64,000 bases of DNA from Microcoleus sp. (GCA_052279835.1 CP181291.1:960001-1024000), one strand, 5' to 3'. Positions 20,158 to 31,435 are shown, numbered from the stretch's first letter. The notes: generated by a model from the letters alone, not told the origin. Numbers and translations are program-made.

Positions 20158-21036
20158 ATGATTAGAAATTACAAAGCAACTGGCATTAATCTCAAGAGTT
20201 CGCCCCTAGGGGAATCCGATCGCGTGTTGACAGTTTTAACGCGGGAGTTTGGTTTAATTAGAGCCGTAGCGCCCGGTGTTCGCAAACAACGATCGACCAT
20301 CGGCGGTAGAAGCGAATTATTTGTGGTCAATGAATTGCTCCTGGCCAAAGGTCGATCGCTCGACAAAATTACCCAAGCCGAAACTGTAGAGTCCCATCCG
20401 GGCTTGAGTCGCAACCTGGGAAAACTCGCATCCGCCCAATATTTGGCGGAATTGGCGATCGCCAGCGCCCTTTCCGACGAGCCCCAAGAAGAACTATTTT
20501 GCTTGCTGAGCGAACACTTGAAGCGTTTGGAGCGTTTGTCCGATCGCACCGATGCAGACTCCCTCGCCTTACTTATCGCCCACCTGGATCAGGCAATTTT
20601 TCACCTGCTAGCCATTGCCGGCGTTGCACCCCAAGTCCAAGTCTGCTGCGCCACCAGACGCCCCTTGATTCCAAATTTCACAGATCCAAACTGGCAAATT
20701 GGATTTAGCATACCTTCGGGGGGAACCTTCAGCTTGTCCGAGTTAGCTAACTTAGAGACAGAAAGATCCGAGGCGACGGGTTCGGCTTACACTGGGGCTT
20801 CCCGTTCCCCGAAAACTTCTGCCAGCAAACACTTGACAGATTTTTGCATTAATGCTATGGAATTAAACGCACTGCAACAGTTGGGTAGCCCAGAACTCAA
20901 AATAGGAGGGATAGGCGATGGCGGAGCTTGGGTATCAGTAGAAAATATTTTGCGGCAGTATGCCCAGTATCATTTAGGTTGTGCGATTCGATCTGGAAGT
21001 TCGATCGATGCTTATTTAGAAAGTTTTGAGTTTTGA
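20158..21036 (+). CDS. recO: DNA repair protein RecO
   Basis: GESDRVLTVLTREFGLIRAVAPG N-terminal OB fold; follows deoC. Confidence 0.92.
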   Translation: MIRNYKATGINLKSSPLGESDRVLTVLTREFGLIRAVAPGVRKQRSTIGGRSELFVVNELLLAKGRSLDKITQAETVESHPGLSRNLGKLASAQYLAELAIASALSDEPQEELFCLLSEHLKRLERLSDRTDADSLALLIAHLDQAIFHLLAIAGVAPQVQVCCATRRPLIPNFTDPNWQIGFSIPSGGTFSLSELANLETERSEATGSAYTGASRSPKTSASKHLTDFCINAMELNALQQLGSPELKIGGIGDGGAWVSVENILRQYAQYHLGCAIRSGSSIDAYLESFEF

Positions 21037-21243
21037 GCAGAGGAAAAAGAGCGATCGGCACGCTCTCATCCCCAATCAGGGCGAAACCCGAACCAGCAAG
21101 TAATTTCAGGTAAAGTCCAAAGATTCTGAGAACATTGGATAATAAAAAAGTTACAAATTATTAAACTTGGCTGTTCAAGCCCTAATTTGAATTTCCCATC
21201 CCGCCGAATCTCGATCGTCAAGAGCGATTTTGCCCCAAACCCC

Positions 21244-22809
21244 ATGATGCGACTTTCCGATTCTGATTTGACAAGATCTGTTTTAAGCGTGACTCATCAC
21301 CAGATGGAAGAACGAGAAAATTTGCCCAACTTCGACTCTCATCCAGTTTCCGATGTATGGAGCAAGGTCCAAGACTCAGCAATGGATAAATATCCCACCA
21401 CTCCCGAACCAAACAGGGGAAATGGCCACGTCAAGCAACCGGAACAAAAACTCCCCCAGGAAACCACCCCCGAACCAACCGCCACCAACTCAGCAGCAAT
21501 TGTCGAAAATCCCGAACCAGAAACAGGATTTCTGCCAATTCTGAAAAACCGTAATTTTTTAGCATTGTGGAGCGGCCAAATTTTCTCCCAGCTAGCAGAT
21601 AAAGTGTATCTGGTACTGACCATCGCCCTGGTAGCCAGCAACTTTCAAGCAGCGGATCAAACCATCAGCAGGTGGGTGTCAGCAATCATGATTGCCTTTA
21701 CAATTCCCGCAGTGCTGTTCGGGGCCGCCGCCGGTGTCTATGTTGATAGATGGCCAAAAAAAGCAGTGCTCGTAGCCACAAACCTGCTGCGGGGAAGTTT
21801 AGTTTTAAGCCTGCCCATAGTGCTGTGGCTATCTAAAGGCATAGAAATAGGTCAATTACCCCTCGGATTCTGTTTGCTGCTGCTGGTGACATTCCTAGTT
21901 TCAACCCTAACTCAATTTTTTGCCCCAGCAGAACAGTCAGCCATTCCTCTGATGGTAGAACGTCGCCACTTGCTCACCGCAAACTCCCTCTACACTACAA
22001 CCATGATGGGTTCGGTGATTATTGGTTTTGCAGTGGGAGAACCCCTACTAGCTTTAGCCGATACTCTCTTTACTAACCTTGGTGGCGGCATTGGCATTGG
22101 CAAAGAATTGATAGTAGGAGGAAGTTACGCACTCGCCGGAGTCTTGTTGCTTTCCCTGAAAACTGGCGAAAAAACCGAGGTGGAACACGAACCGCCACAT
22201 CCCCTAGCTGACTTGAAAGATGGGCTACGTTACATCAACGATCAACCAAAAGTCCGTAATGCTTTAATCCAACTAATTATTCTGTTTTCGATTTTTGCAG
22301 CCTTAGCAGTTTTAGCAGTGCGGTTGGCCGAAATACTTCCAGGTATGAGGGCTTCTCAATTTGGCTTTTTGCTGGCGGCGGTGGGTGTGGGTATGGCCGC
22401 GGGAGCAACAACTGTTGGTTATCTAGGTAACAAATTTTCTCACTCCCAATTCAGTTTAATTGGCTCCATCGGCATGGCAGTTGCTCTGATTGGTCTGTCT
22501 CTATTTACACACAATTTGTGGATATCCGTACTATTGATTACCCTGTTGGGTGTATTTGCGGCGATCGTCGGAGTGCCAATGCAGACTACAATTCAAGCAG
22601 AAACTCCAGAAGAAATGCGGGGAAAAGTTTTTGGGCTGCAAAATAATGCCACTAATATCGCCTTGAGTTTACCCTTGGCCTTGGCTGGAGTTGCTGAAAC
22701 ATTTCTGGGTTTGCCAAAAGTATTTTTGGCTTTGGCTGGGTTAGCGATCGCAGGTGGTGTCTTAACCTGGTATATTTCCCGTAATAGCACAGTCGATCGA
22801 CTCCCATAA
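21244..22809 (+). CDS. MFS transporter (start uncertain)
   Basis: FLALWSGQIFSQLAD, GVYVDRW, MRGKVFG; many TM segments. Confidence 0.88.
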   Translation: MMRLSDSDLTRSVLSVTHHQMEERENLPNFDSHPVSDVWSKVQDSAMDKYPTTPEPNRGNGHVKQPEQKLPQETTPEPTATNSAAIVENPEPETGFLPILKNRNFLALWSGQIFSQLADKVYLVLTIALVASNFQAADQTISRWVSAIMIAFTIPAVLFGAAAGVYVDRWPKKAVLVATNLLRGSLVLSLPIVLWLSKGIEIGQLPLGFCLLLLVTFLVSTLTQFFAPAEQSAIPLMVERRHLLTANSLYTTTMMGSVIIGFAVGEPLLALADTLFTNLGGGIGIGKELIVGGSYALAGVLLLSLKTGEKTEVEHEPPHPLADLKDGLRYINDQPKVRNALIQLIILFSIFAALAVLAVRLAEILPGMRASQFGFLLAAVGVGMAAGATTVGYLGNKFSHSQFSLIGSIGMAVALIGLSLFTHNLWISVLLITLLGVFAAIVGVPMQTTIQAETPEEMRGKVFGLQNNATNIALSLPLALAGVAETFLGLPKVFLALAGLAIAGGVLTWYISRNSTVDRLP

Positions 22810-22833
22810 AATAACAAACTCAAATTTACTTGA

Positions 22834-24057
22834 ATGCACATTGCTTGGCTGGGAAAAAAATCACCTTTTTGCGGTAACGTCACTTATTCTAGGGAAGTCA
22901 CCAATGCACTTTTAGACCGGGGCTACCAAGTCAGTTTTCTGCACTTTGCCCAAGAAGCAGAACTAGAAAGGAATAAGGCAGCGTGGAGTATGGCTAATGG
23001 GAAATGGGGGGCAGAAATTGCTGCCACCTCATTTGCTCAGTCACTTCCACCCGCCAGTTGCAACGAAGTCTCCTTACCCTGTCTTTACAAGTCGCAAATT
23101 TATACAATTCCCACTTTCAAATCCAGTAAAGTGCTGATGAAATCTCTGCGGCGGCTGCAACCGGATGTCGTTCACGCTTCGCTGACCCTTTCGCCTCTAG
23201 ACTTTTTGCTACCAGAAATCTGCCAAGAATTGAATATACCCTTGGTAGCAACTTTTCACCCGCCCTTCGATCGCAAATTGCGGAATTTGACATCAGGAAC
23301 CCAACACCTGATGTATCAACTGTACGCTCCGTTTTTAGCTCACTACGACTCCACGATCGTATTTTCTCAGATTCAGCGGGATATATTGGTGAAGTTGGGA
23401 GTACCCGAAGAGCGGGTGGCTGTGATTCCCAATGGAGTAGACGCAGTTAAGTATTCTCCAGGGCCTTCGGGGTTGAAGTCGGAACTAAAGGCCGATCGGA
23501 TTTTTGTCTACCAAGGCCGCATTGCCCCAGAGAAAAATGTCGAGTCCCTGCTAAAGGCCTGGAAACAATGTAATTTTGGCGCTGGAAACCTATTGGCCAT
23601 CGTCGGCGACGGGCCCCTCGCCGCCTCGCTGCAACTATTCTACGGCGAAGATGAGGGCATTGTGTGGCTCGGATTTGTCGCCGACGAGGAACGGCGGATC
23701 GAAATTCTGCGCGGTGCAGATGTGTTTATTTTGCCTTCTTTGGTCGAGGGATTGTCGCTGTCACTGCTAGAAGCGATGGCCTGTGGCTTAGCCTGTTTGG
23801 CCACCGATGCCGGCGCTGACGGCGAAGCCTTGGAGGAAGGCGCTGGAATAGTTTTAAATACTCAGCGGGTGCGGAGTCAATTGCAAACGTTGCTACCACT
23901 GTTTTGCGATCACCCGGAAATGTCACAGATGCTTGGCCAAAAAGCTCGCCAACGGGCACTCGATCGGTACACTCTCAGTCAGAATATTACTGAGTTGGAA
24001 AAGCTGTATGCACAGGTTTTGCAAAGCCAGCGCGTACCAGTTCGCGGCTTAGCCTAG
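22834..24057 (+). CDS. Glycosyltransferase family 4
   Basis: IPNGVD, GRIAPEKN, EGLSLSLLEAMACG. Confidence 0.9.
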   Translation: MHIAWLGKKSPFCGNVTYSREVTNALLDRGYQVSFLHFAQEAELERNKAAWSMANGKWGAEIAATSFAQSLPPASCNEVSLPCLYKSQIYTIPTFKSSKVLMKSLRRLQPDVVHASLTLSPLDFLLPEICQELNIPLVATFHPPFDRKLRNLTSGTQHLMYQLYAPFLAHYDSTIVFSQIQRDILVKLGVPEERVAVIPNGVDAVKYSPGPSGLKSELKADRIFVYQGRIAPEKNVESLLKAWKQCNFGAGNLLAIVGDGPLAASLQLFYGEDEGIVWLGFVADEERRIEILRGADVFILPSLVEGLSLSLLEAMACGLACLATDAGADGEALEEGAGIVLNTQRVRSQLQTLLPLFCDHPEMSQMLGQKARQRALDRYTLSQNITELEKLYAQVLQSQRVPVRGLA

Positions 24058-24063
24058 CAGAAC

Positions 24064-24113
24064 CGAGGCAGAGCCTCTAGATATGGGTTCCCAGGCTAGA
24101 GCCTGGGAACCAG
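24064..24113. repeat. Dispersed palindromic repeat
   Basis: gaggcagagcctc and ggttcccaggctagagcctgggaacc hairpins. Confidence 0.55.
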
Positions 24114-24144
24114 TTAAACTGTTGAAGCGGGAACGAGCAATGAA

Positions 24145-24393
24145 CTTGTTCCTTCTTCCTTCTTCCTTCTTCCTTGTTCCTTCTTCCTTCTTCCTTGTTC
24201 CTTGTTCCTTGTTCCTTGTTCCTTGTTCCTTGTTCCTTGTTCCTTGTTCCTTGTTCCTTGTTCCTTGTTCCTTGTTCCTTGTTCCTTGTTCCTTGTTCCT
24301 TGTTCCTTGTTCCTTGTTCCTTGTTCCTTGTTCCTTGTTCCTTGTTCCTTGTTCCTTGTTCCTTGTTCCTTGTTCCTTGTTCCTTCTTCCTTC
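24145..24393. repeat. Heptameric tandem repeat (TTCCTTG)n, ~35 units, between convergent genes
   Basis: Directly visible. Confidence 0.95.
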
Positions 24394-24398
24394 GTTCT

Positions 24399-26078
24399 CT
24401 AACTTCCCGGCCGCAAATAATCCCAAAGTCGATCGCCCGAATCAGCCCGAATCAACGCAACTACAACATCCGGCAAACTGCCCAAACTGGGATAAACCAA
24501 ATAACGTGCTTCCCAGCGCGGCCCAAACTTATCTTTAAAACTGTGCAATCCCTGAAAATTATAAAACTTACTCAAGTGTTCAGAAAGATAAATTAACACC
24601 TTTTCCAAACGCCCAGATTTTTCAGATTCTCCCACTCCCGCCAAAGCCGATAAACCCAAGTCAAATTCTGCATATCCCAATTCTTGACAGTGCTGCAACA
24701 TCGAAGCAAATAAACACTCCATCGTGCCATTTTCCACCTCAATCCGCCTTCGCATTAAATCAACTCCAACTACCTGATTTCCCGAAGATATCATATTAGC
24801 AAAAGCACTAATTTTACCATCGGGCGTCTGGATAGCTATAGCGCGAGTTTCTCGTAGATATGTCTCGTTAAACCAGCCTACAGAAAAACGTTTTTCTGCA
24901 CCTTGAACCATTTGCAGCCACTCATCACTCACAGCTTTCATTTGCCGTATCAAGTCAGAACTTAAAGGCGGTTCGTAAAATTTGACTTGGTGTCCGGCTT
25001 TGGTCAAGCGATTTATGGCAGTTCTTAAATTTTGTTTAGCCTTGCCTTTGAGACTAAAATCTTTGAGATTGACCATAGCTGATTCGCCAATTTGTATGAC
25101 TCGAAAACCGAGAGCATAATATATTTCTAAATCATCCGGTAAAGTTTGATAAAATGTCGGATACCAATCATTGCGATCGCAAAATTCTTGAAACCCCAAA
25201 ATTGCCTCTTTGCGGTCTTCTGGCGGCCCGATGGGGTCTCCCAAGGCGATCGCACCTCTGCCTTTTGGCACGTAGGCGATCGCCGTTTTTCCCGAAGGAC
25301 TAAAATAATAAGATTTATCCTCAAGTAACGCTAATCTCCCTAGGGTAGTCCGTCCATATTTAGCGATAATTTCTTGAGCTTTATACCGTTCTGAAAAACT
25401 TGCCGAATCTCGCAACAGCACTGGACGCAGCAGCATCAAAAGTGCATAACCAAGCGTTACCGAACCCACAGCATAAATCGAATCCGCAAAAAACATTGCA
25501 AACCGAGTTTTTGGAACCAATCCTGCATTATCCGCCGTAAAAAACATTGCCAGAGTTTGGAACAGCGCTCGATCCCAATCAAAATTAACCCCTTGTTCGT
25601 TAACTTCAAAACGCCCATCCAGAATGTAAAAACCCATCGTCCCGTAAGCGAGGGTAAACAACAGAGCACCTAGCAAAACCCGAATTCCTTGAGCAATGGA
25701 AGGGCGATCGGACTTAGCAGTAAAAGTCTGACGCATCACCAACAACTGAAACAAGAGTACCCCAGAAAGCAAACTTTCTTCAACATCCAATCCCTTGATT
25801 AAATGAACGACAATAGAAAGGCTTAACAATCCCACTGTCAGCAACCAAGCAATCCGTTTTCGCCTCAACAAATTAGTTGCCAGAGTTAGCAGCATAAATC
25901 CGATAACTGCTGCAAAAAAATGCCCGCCAGCCCTCACGGTAAAAGGAAAAAAAGGCTCTAACCAATTTCGGCGATCGGGTAAACTAGGAGTTACAGCAGA
26001 CAGCAGATTAATCACTCCTACCAATCCGGTTAAAAATGATGCCGTCCAGAGTCCAATTCTAGTTTTTTGAGTTAACAC
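24399..26078 (-). CDS. Phosphatidylglycerol lysyltransferase (MprF/DUF2156) domain protein
   Basis: LRRKRIAW TM region, ALGDPIG, DLMRR, LGLSALAG, FYNFQGLHSFKDKFGPRWE. Confidence 0.88.
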   Translation of the reverse strand: MLTQKTRIGLWTASFLTGLVGVINLLSAVTPSLPDRRNWLEPFFPFTVRAGGHFFAAVIGFMLLTLATNLLRRKRIAWLLTVGLLSLSIVVHLIKGLDVEESLLSGVLLFQLLVMRQTFTAKSDRPSIAQGIRVLLGALLFTLAYGTMGFYILDGRFEVNEQGVNFDWDRALFQTLAMFFTADNAGLVPKTRFAMFFADSIYAVGSVTLGYALLMLLRPVLLRDSASFSERYKAQEIIAKYGRTTLGRLALLEDKSYYFSPSGKTAIAYVPKGRGAIALGDPIGPPEDRKEAILGFQEFCDRNDWYPTFYQTLPDDLEIYYALGFRVIQIGESAMVNLKDFSLKGKAKQNLRTAINRLTKAGHQVKFYEPPLSSDLIRQMKAVSDEWLQMVQGAEKRFSVGWFNETYLRETRAIAIQTPDGKISAFANMISSGNQVVGVDLMRRRIEVENGTMECLFASMLQHCQELGYAEFDLGLSALAGVGESEKSGRLEKVLIYLSEHLSKFYNFQGLHSFKDKFGPRWEARYLVYPSLGSLPDVVVALIRADSGDRLWDYLRPGS

Positions 26079-26096
26079 AGTTCACCTTTATATTTG

Positions 26097-27023
26097 CTAT
26101 TTTCTATTTTTCGCTGCGGACATTGATCTATTAAACTGCTTTCCAACATAACTCAAAGAATCCGCCAAATGCTTATGCCAATAATTCCAACCGACATCAG
26201 GGCCCACAATCCCATGTCCCCCCGCAAATTTGTTAAACTCATTCGCAATACCCAAACTATTTAGTTGAGCGTGAAACTGTTGAGTGGAAGTAAGAAACTT
26301 CTCATCTCCTTCCCCCGCATCCAAATAAGCCCGGAGTCTTTGTCTATCTTTAATAGAAAGTTTCTCAACTAAATATTTAGGACTATTAGCCTTGCCACTT
26401 TGATCCGTAAAATAGCCACTATGGCTGAACAGAATATTAAAATTATTCAAGTAGCGCAAACCGATATTAAAAGCACCCCAACCCCCCGAAGATTGTCCCC
26501 CCATTGCCCAGAATTTGGGGTCTTCCAGGGTTCGATAGCGCGATTTGATCTCAGAAACCAATTCCGAGCCGATCGCGCTTCCCACCAGACCATTGGGCCC
26601 ATCAAAATACTGCGGGTCCCACAAAGGACTCGTACCCCGCTGGTCGTTTCCGTCAGGAGTAATTATAATTGAGGGCGGTAATCTTTTGCTTTGATACAAG
26701 TCGTGAAGCACAGAAGTAACAGCAGCTTTGTCTTGATAAGCCCGTGCGTCTCCGTGTCCCCCGTGTAACAAAAAAATAACTGGATAACGCTGTTGGGAAT
26801 TTTTAGCGTAGCCCGGTGGTAAAATTAAGCCGTAAGTGCGCTCTGAGTTCATAGCCACACTTTTATATGTTTTGAGTTCAAAATTCAAGTTGGCATCGGT
26901 GACTACTTTCGGAGGGTCTAACTGAGGTGCTCCGGCGATAAAAACGTACCAATATCCAGTTGCGCCTAATAGGAGAATAGTAACTGTACCGATACCGAAA
27001 ACTTTTTCTATCCATTTAGGCAT
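26097..27023 (-). CDS. Esterase, alpha/beta hydrolase (likely exported)
   Basis: YPVIFLLHG, GQSSGG nucleophile motif, GGH; N-terminal TM. Confidence 0.85.
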   Translation of the reverse strand: MPKWIEKVFGIGTVTILLLGATGYWYVFIAGAPQLDPPKVVTDANLNFELKTYKSVAMNSERTYGLILPPGYAKNSQQRYPVIFLLHGGHGDARAYQDKAAVTSVLHDLYQSKRLPPSIIITPDGNDQRGTSPLWDPQYFDGPNGLVGSAIGSELVSEIKSRYRTLEDPKFWAMGGQSSGGWGAFNIGLRYLNNFNILFSHSGYFTDQSGKANSPKYLVEKLSIKDRQRLRAYLDAGEGDEKFLTSTQQFHAQLNSLGIANEFNKFAGGHGIVGPDVGWNYWHKHLADSLSYVGKQFNRSMSAAKNRK

Positions 27024-27029
27024 AATGTT

Positions 27030-27072
27030 TGTTATTAGTTATTAGTTATTAGTTATTAGTTATTAGTTATTG
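27030..27072. repeat. Heptameric repeat (TTATTAG)n
   Basis: Visible tandem units. Confidence 0.8.
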
Positions 27073-27153
27073 GTTGTTTGTTACATAATAAAATCATTAG
27101 TGCCCAAGGACCCATACCCAATGCCCGATGCCCAATTCCCAATTTCCAACCAA

Positions 27154-27588
27154 ATGATTTACCAAAATCCTACGCCCACAGTTGATATTATCATAGAATT
27201 GGTCGATCGCCCCCACCGCCCGATCGTACTCATAGAACGTCGCAATCCTCCCTACGGCTGGGCGATTCCCGGCGGCTTCATGGATTGTGGCGAATCCGCA
27301 GAAACAGCGGCCAAACGGGAAGCCTTAGAAGAAACCAAATTAGAAGTAGAATTAATCGAGCAATTCTACGTTTATTCTGACCCAAATCGCGACCCCCGCA
27401 AACATACTCTCAGTATAGTCTTCCTAGCTTCCGCCACCGGAATTCCTGAAGCTGCTGACGATGCTAAAAATTTAGAAATATTTGAATTTTGGCGTATTCC
27501 AACCCAATTGTGCTTCGATCACGATCGCATTTTGCGCGATTATTGGCGATACCGTCATTATGGATTGCGCCCCCAATTAAAAGCATAG
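27154..27588 (+). CDS. NUDIX hydrolase
   Basis: Nudix box [22 protein letters not shown]. Confidence 0.92.
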   Translation: MIYQNPTPTVDIIIELVDRPHRPIVLIERRNPPYGWAIPGGFMDCGESAETAAKREALEETKLEVELIEQFYVYSDPNRDPRKHTLSIVFLASATGIPEAADDAKNLEIFEFWRIPTQLCFDHDRILRDYWRYRHYGLRPQLKA

Positions 27589-27685
27589 TTGTAGAGGCGA
27601 TGTCAAGAATCCCAGCCCCCTCGTTAGTAGGCTGCGTATTGCCGAATTTACTACCAATTCCCCATTCCCCATTACCAATTAACCA

Positions 27686-28600
27686 ATGACAATCTTGACA
27701 ATATTAGGCGGAGGTGCTTGGGGCTCGGCACTAGCAAATCTGGCAAGTAAAAATGACCATCAAGTTAACTTGTGGTCCCGTCGTAGTTCTTTTGAGCTAG
27801 AGTCTGCGATTACAGGTACGGATGTTGTGGTTTCGGCAGTTTCCATGAAAGGGGTTGCCGCTACAGTCGATCGACTTCTGTCCACAAATCTGGGCCCTAA
27901 CACCATTATAGTTACTGTTACCAAAGGTTTAGACCCCGCCACTACTCGTACTCCTTCACAAATTTGGCAAACTGCTTTTCCTCGCCATCCGATTGTGGTG
28001 CTTTCTGGTCCTAATCTTTCTGAGGAAATTCGGCAGGAATTACCTGCTGCAACGGTAGCAGCTAGTTCGGATTTAGCAGCAGCTAAGCAGGTGCAGCATA
28101 TTTACAGTTCGGAAATTTTTCGGGTTTATATTAATCAAGATCCCTTGGGAACTGAATTGGGTGGTACCCTGAAAAATGTATTTGCGATCGCCGCTGGTGT
28201 TTGCGACGGTTTACAATTAGGAACTAATGCAAAATCTGCCTTGCTAACTCGTGCTTTGCCGGAAATGATTCGAGTTGGTGTTCGTTTGGGCGCTCACGCA
28301 GAAACTTTTTATGGATTGTCAGGCTTGGGAGATTTACTCGCTACGTGTAATAGTTCTTTATCGCGCAATTACCGTGTTGGTTTTGGATTGGCTCAAGGTA
28401 AATCTTTAGAGCAAATTTTGCACGAATTACAAAGCACGGCTGAGGGAGTAAATACTACCAATGTTTTGATTGATTTAGCTAATCAACGTGCTATTGAAGT
28501 ACCTGTTTCCCGTCAAGTCTACCGTTTGCTCAATGGTGAAATTACTCCCGAACAAGCAGTTTTAGCTCTGATGGAACGAGATTTGAAACCTGAAACATAG
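27686..28600 (+). CDS. gpsA: NAD(P)H-dependent glycerol-3-phosphate dehydrogenase
   Basis: GGGAWGSALA, LSGPN, GTLKNVFAIAAG, GLGDLLATC, SRNY. Confidence 0.95.
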   Translation: MTILTILGGGAWGSALANLASKNDHQVNLWSRRSSFELESAITGTDVVVSAVSMKGVAATVDRLLSTNLGPNTIIVTVTKGLDPATTRTPSQIWQTAFPRHPIVVLSGPNLSEEIRQELPAATVAASSDLAAAKQVQHIYSSEIFRVYINQDPLGTELGGTLKNVFAIAAGVCDGLQLGTNAKSALLTRALPEMIRVGVRLGAHAETFYGLSGLGDLLATCNSSLSRNYRVGFGLAQGKSLEQILHELQSTAEGVNTTNVLIDLANQRAIEVPVSRQVYRLLNGEITPEQAVLALMERDLKPET

Positions 28601-28799
28601 CCTTTTTCAACTCAATCTGACAAATAACAACTAACCATTCCCCATTGGGTGCATCTGTATTTGGCAAATATATTCGTAGGGGCGAAGCATGACCGCTGTA
28701 AATCTCTGGTGATCACTAATAAATTGTCTGCGGTCATGCTATAGCCATTACAAAATCGGGATGCTCACTTCCCCGTTCCCCATTCCCCACGCCCAATTC

Positions 28800-31085
28800 C
28801 TATTCATTCACTTGACTGAGCCGCCGCAAATTCAAAATATCGCTCATATTTTTAATTTGCATACAAGTGCGCTCGAACTGTTCTTTATCCTGGATATCCA
28901 TGCACAAGTCAATTAAGGCTGGAAAACCGGGATAGGTTTTTACTTGAGCGCTGCGGACGTTGACCTGATTGTCTTTTAAATGCGATAATACATCGTTGAA
29001 AACTCCTACTCGGTCTAGGGCTTCAATTTGAATATTAACCGCATAAGTATTCGGGCGACTGCCATTGCGAGGGCTCGCATTCCAACTCACAGGAACCAGC
29101 CGATCCCCCGGCACACACTCAACGTTTACACAACCTTGTCGGTGAATAGAAATGCCACGGGTGCGAGTCACAACTCCAATAATTGCTTCCCCCGGAATTG
29201 GACAACAGCAGCCTGACAAATGATAAAGTAATCCTTCAACACCTGCGATCGGCGATTTGCTCGGAGATGAACTCGGCACTGGTTTCGGTGGCATCATCAC
29301 AGGTATTTGCGTGGGCAATTCCTGAGCTGAACCCACGGTGGCAACCTCAACTTTTTGGCGGAGTTTTACCAAATCTTGGATGCGATTTACTACCAGATTT
29401 AATGTCAGTTCACCGTAGCCTAAACCAGCTAATAAATCTTCGACGCTGTGGTAATTGCAGCGGTGGGCTACTGATTGCATCGGTTCGGATTTGAGCAAAG
29501 ATTCAAAGCCACTTTTGCCTAATTCTTTCTCCAATAATTCCCGGCCGCGGGCGATATTTTCATCTCGGTGCGATCGCTTAAACCACTGTCTAATGCGGTT
29601 TTTCGCTCCGTTTGTTTTGACAAAGTTCAGCCAGTCTAAACTGGGACTACCATTTTTTTTAGTCAGAATTTCGACAATATCGCCATTCTTTAAAACTGTG
29701 TCTAGTGTCACCATCCGCCCGTTGGCCCGCGCCCCGGTGCAATGATTGCCGATTTCGGTGTGAATGCGATAAGCAAAATCTACGGGTGTGGAACCTTTAT
29801 TGAGAGCAATGACATCTCCGTTGGGAGTAAAAACATAGATATCTTCGTCAAATAAGTTGTCTTTAATGCTTTCTAAATATTCCCGATCGTCTTTGAGGTC
29901 GCTTTGCCACTCTAGCAGTTGCCGCAGCCAAGTAAATTTCTCGTCGTCTCCGGTGACTTTCGTATTGCTAGAACCACCTGTTTCTTTGTATTTCCAGTGG
30001 GCGGCAATCCCGTATTCAGCGATGTGGTGCATTGCTACTGTACGAATTTGCACTTCGATGGGCCGGCCGCTGGTTCCGATTACTCCTGTGTGCAAAGATT
30101 GATAGCGATTTGCCTTCGGTAAACCGATATAATCTTTAAAGCGGCCTGGTATGGGGCGGAAAGAATCGTGGACGATCGCCAAAGCTCGATAACAGTCATC
30201 ATTAGTTTCGACAATTATCCGCACCGCAGCAATATCATAAAGTTGGTGAAACCCTTTTTGACTGCGCTGCATCTTCCGATAAATCCCGTACAAATGTTTG
30301 GGACGGCCGCTAAGTTCATAGCATTTTATGCCTAATTTTTCAAGTCTTTCTAGCAAACTATTTGTAACTTCTGCCAGTTGAATTTCGCGATCGGACCGTT
30401 TGACAGCCACTAAATCCTGAATTTCGCGGTAAGCATCCGGTTCCAGGTATTTAAAAGCTAAATCTTCCAATTCCCACTTAAACCGACCAATACCCAAACG
30501 ATTCGCCAGGGGAGCAAAAATTTCTCGTGTTTCTAGGGCAATGCTGCGACGCTTTTCTTCTGGCAGATGCTCCAAAGTCCTCATGTTGTGCAGTCTGTCT
30601 GCCAACTTGACGACAATCACTCGAATATCTTTAGCCATTGCTAAAAACATCCGCCGAAAATTTTCAGCTTGGCGTTCAGTTTTGCTGGAAAAATTAAATT
30701 TAGAAAGTTTTGTCACCCCTTCCACCAACTGTCGCACTTCATAACCGAACTTTTGTTCCAAGTCTTCGGCAGTCACGTCTGTATCTTCAACAATGTCGTG
30801 GAGGAAGCCTGCTGCGATCATCGCACTGTTAGCACCCATATAGCGTAGCATCCCAGCCACAGCTATCGGATGGCAAATGTAAGGTTCTCCTGACTTTCGG
30901 TATTGTCCTTCGTGCAAGTCACGGGCAAATTCAAAGGCCTGACAAATTAAGTTGTTGCCAGTGGGACAATGGGAGCTAGAGTCTGCTTCTAGGGTCGAGC
31001 GGGCATTCAGGCATTCTTGTAGCCAATCGGGAACGATCGCAGGATCGATAGCAGGAGTGAGAGTTTGAGCATTCATGGTACGCAC
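28800..31085 (-). CDS. spoT: Bifunctional (p)ppGpp synthetase/hydrolase (RelA/SpoT)
   Basis: HEGQYRKSGEPY, LHDIVED, KLADRLHNMRTL, YQSLHT, TGS and ACT domains. Confidence 0.95.
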   Translation of the reverse strand: MRTMNAQTLTPAIDPAIVPDWLQECLNARSTLEADSSSHCPTGNNLICQAFEFARDLHEGQYRKSGEPYICHPIAVAGMLRYMGANSAMIAAGFLHDIVEDTDVTAEDLEQKFGYEVRQLVEGVTKLSKFNFSSKTERQAENFRRMFLAMAKDIRVIVVKLADRLHNMRTLEHLPEEKRRSIALETREIFAPLANRLGIGRFKWELEDLAFKYLEPDAYREIQDLVAVKRSDREIQLAEVTNSLLERLEKLGIKCYELSGRPKHLYGIYRKMQRSQKGFHQLYDIAAVRIIVETNDDCYRALAIVHDSFRPIPGRFKDYIGLPKANRYQSLHTGVIGTSGRPIEVQIRTVAMHHIAEYGIAAHWKYKETGGSSNTKVTGDDEKFTWLRQLLEWQSDLKDDREYLESIKDNLFDEDIYVFTPNGDVIALNKGSTPVDFAYRIHTEIGNHCTGARANGRMVTLDTVLKNGDIVEILTKKNGSPSLDWLNFVKTNGAKNRIRQWFKRSHRDENIARGRELLEKELGKSGFESLLKSEPMQSVAHRCNYHSVEDLLAGLGYGELTLNLVVNRIQDLVKLRQKVEVATVGSAQELPTQIPVMMPPKPVPSSSPSKSPIAGVEGLLYHLSGCCCPIPGEAIIGVVTRTRGISIHRQGCVNVECVPGDRLVPVSWNASPRNGSRPNTYAVNIQIEALDRVGVFNDVLSHLKDNQVNVRSAQVKTYPGFPALIDLCMDIQDKEQFERTCMQIKNMSDILNLRRLSQVNE

Positions 31086-31435
31086 CTTTAAAACTTACAA
31101 ATACAAATGGTGAAAAGTCTGTGTTCGGTTCAATTGCCAAAAATATGTGTTTAGCTATACTAAACTAATTAGATGTCAGAAATTGCAATCGCCAAAAAGA
31201 GTCAATTTTTTTTGTCAACTATAGCGATTAAATTCCACATCGCCCCCCCTCCCAGGGAGGAAAATATAGTGACACTATGGCCGCCCTTACGGGAGACCGA
31301 TACTGTAGAATCAGAATATTTGGGCAGTGAGAGGTCAGACAAGGGCGATCGAGAGATGCCCTCCCGTCAAAAAAATCTCACTAACTTTAAGAAAAAATCT
31401 ACTTTGATTATAAATAGAAATTTATTTACAAAATT

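Noticed and set aside
24049..24596. ORFs with FLVPCSL / RNKEQGT repeats; possible CRISPR array
   Set aside because: Artefacts of the (TTCCTTG)n heptamer; there are no unique spacers, so it is not CRISPR
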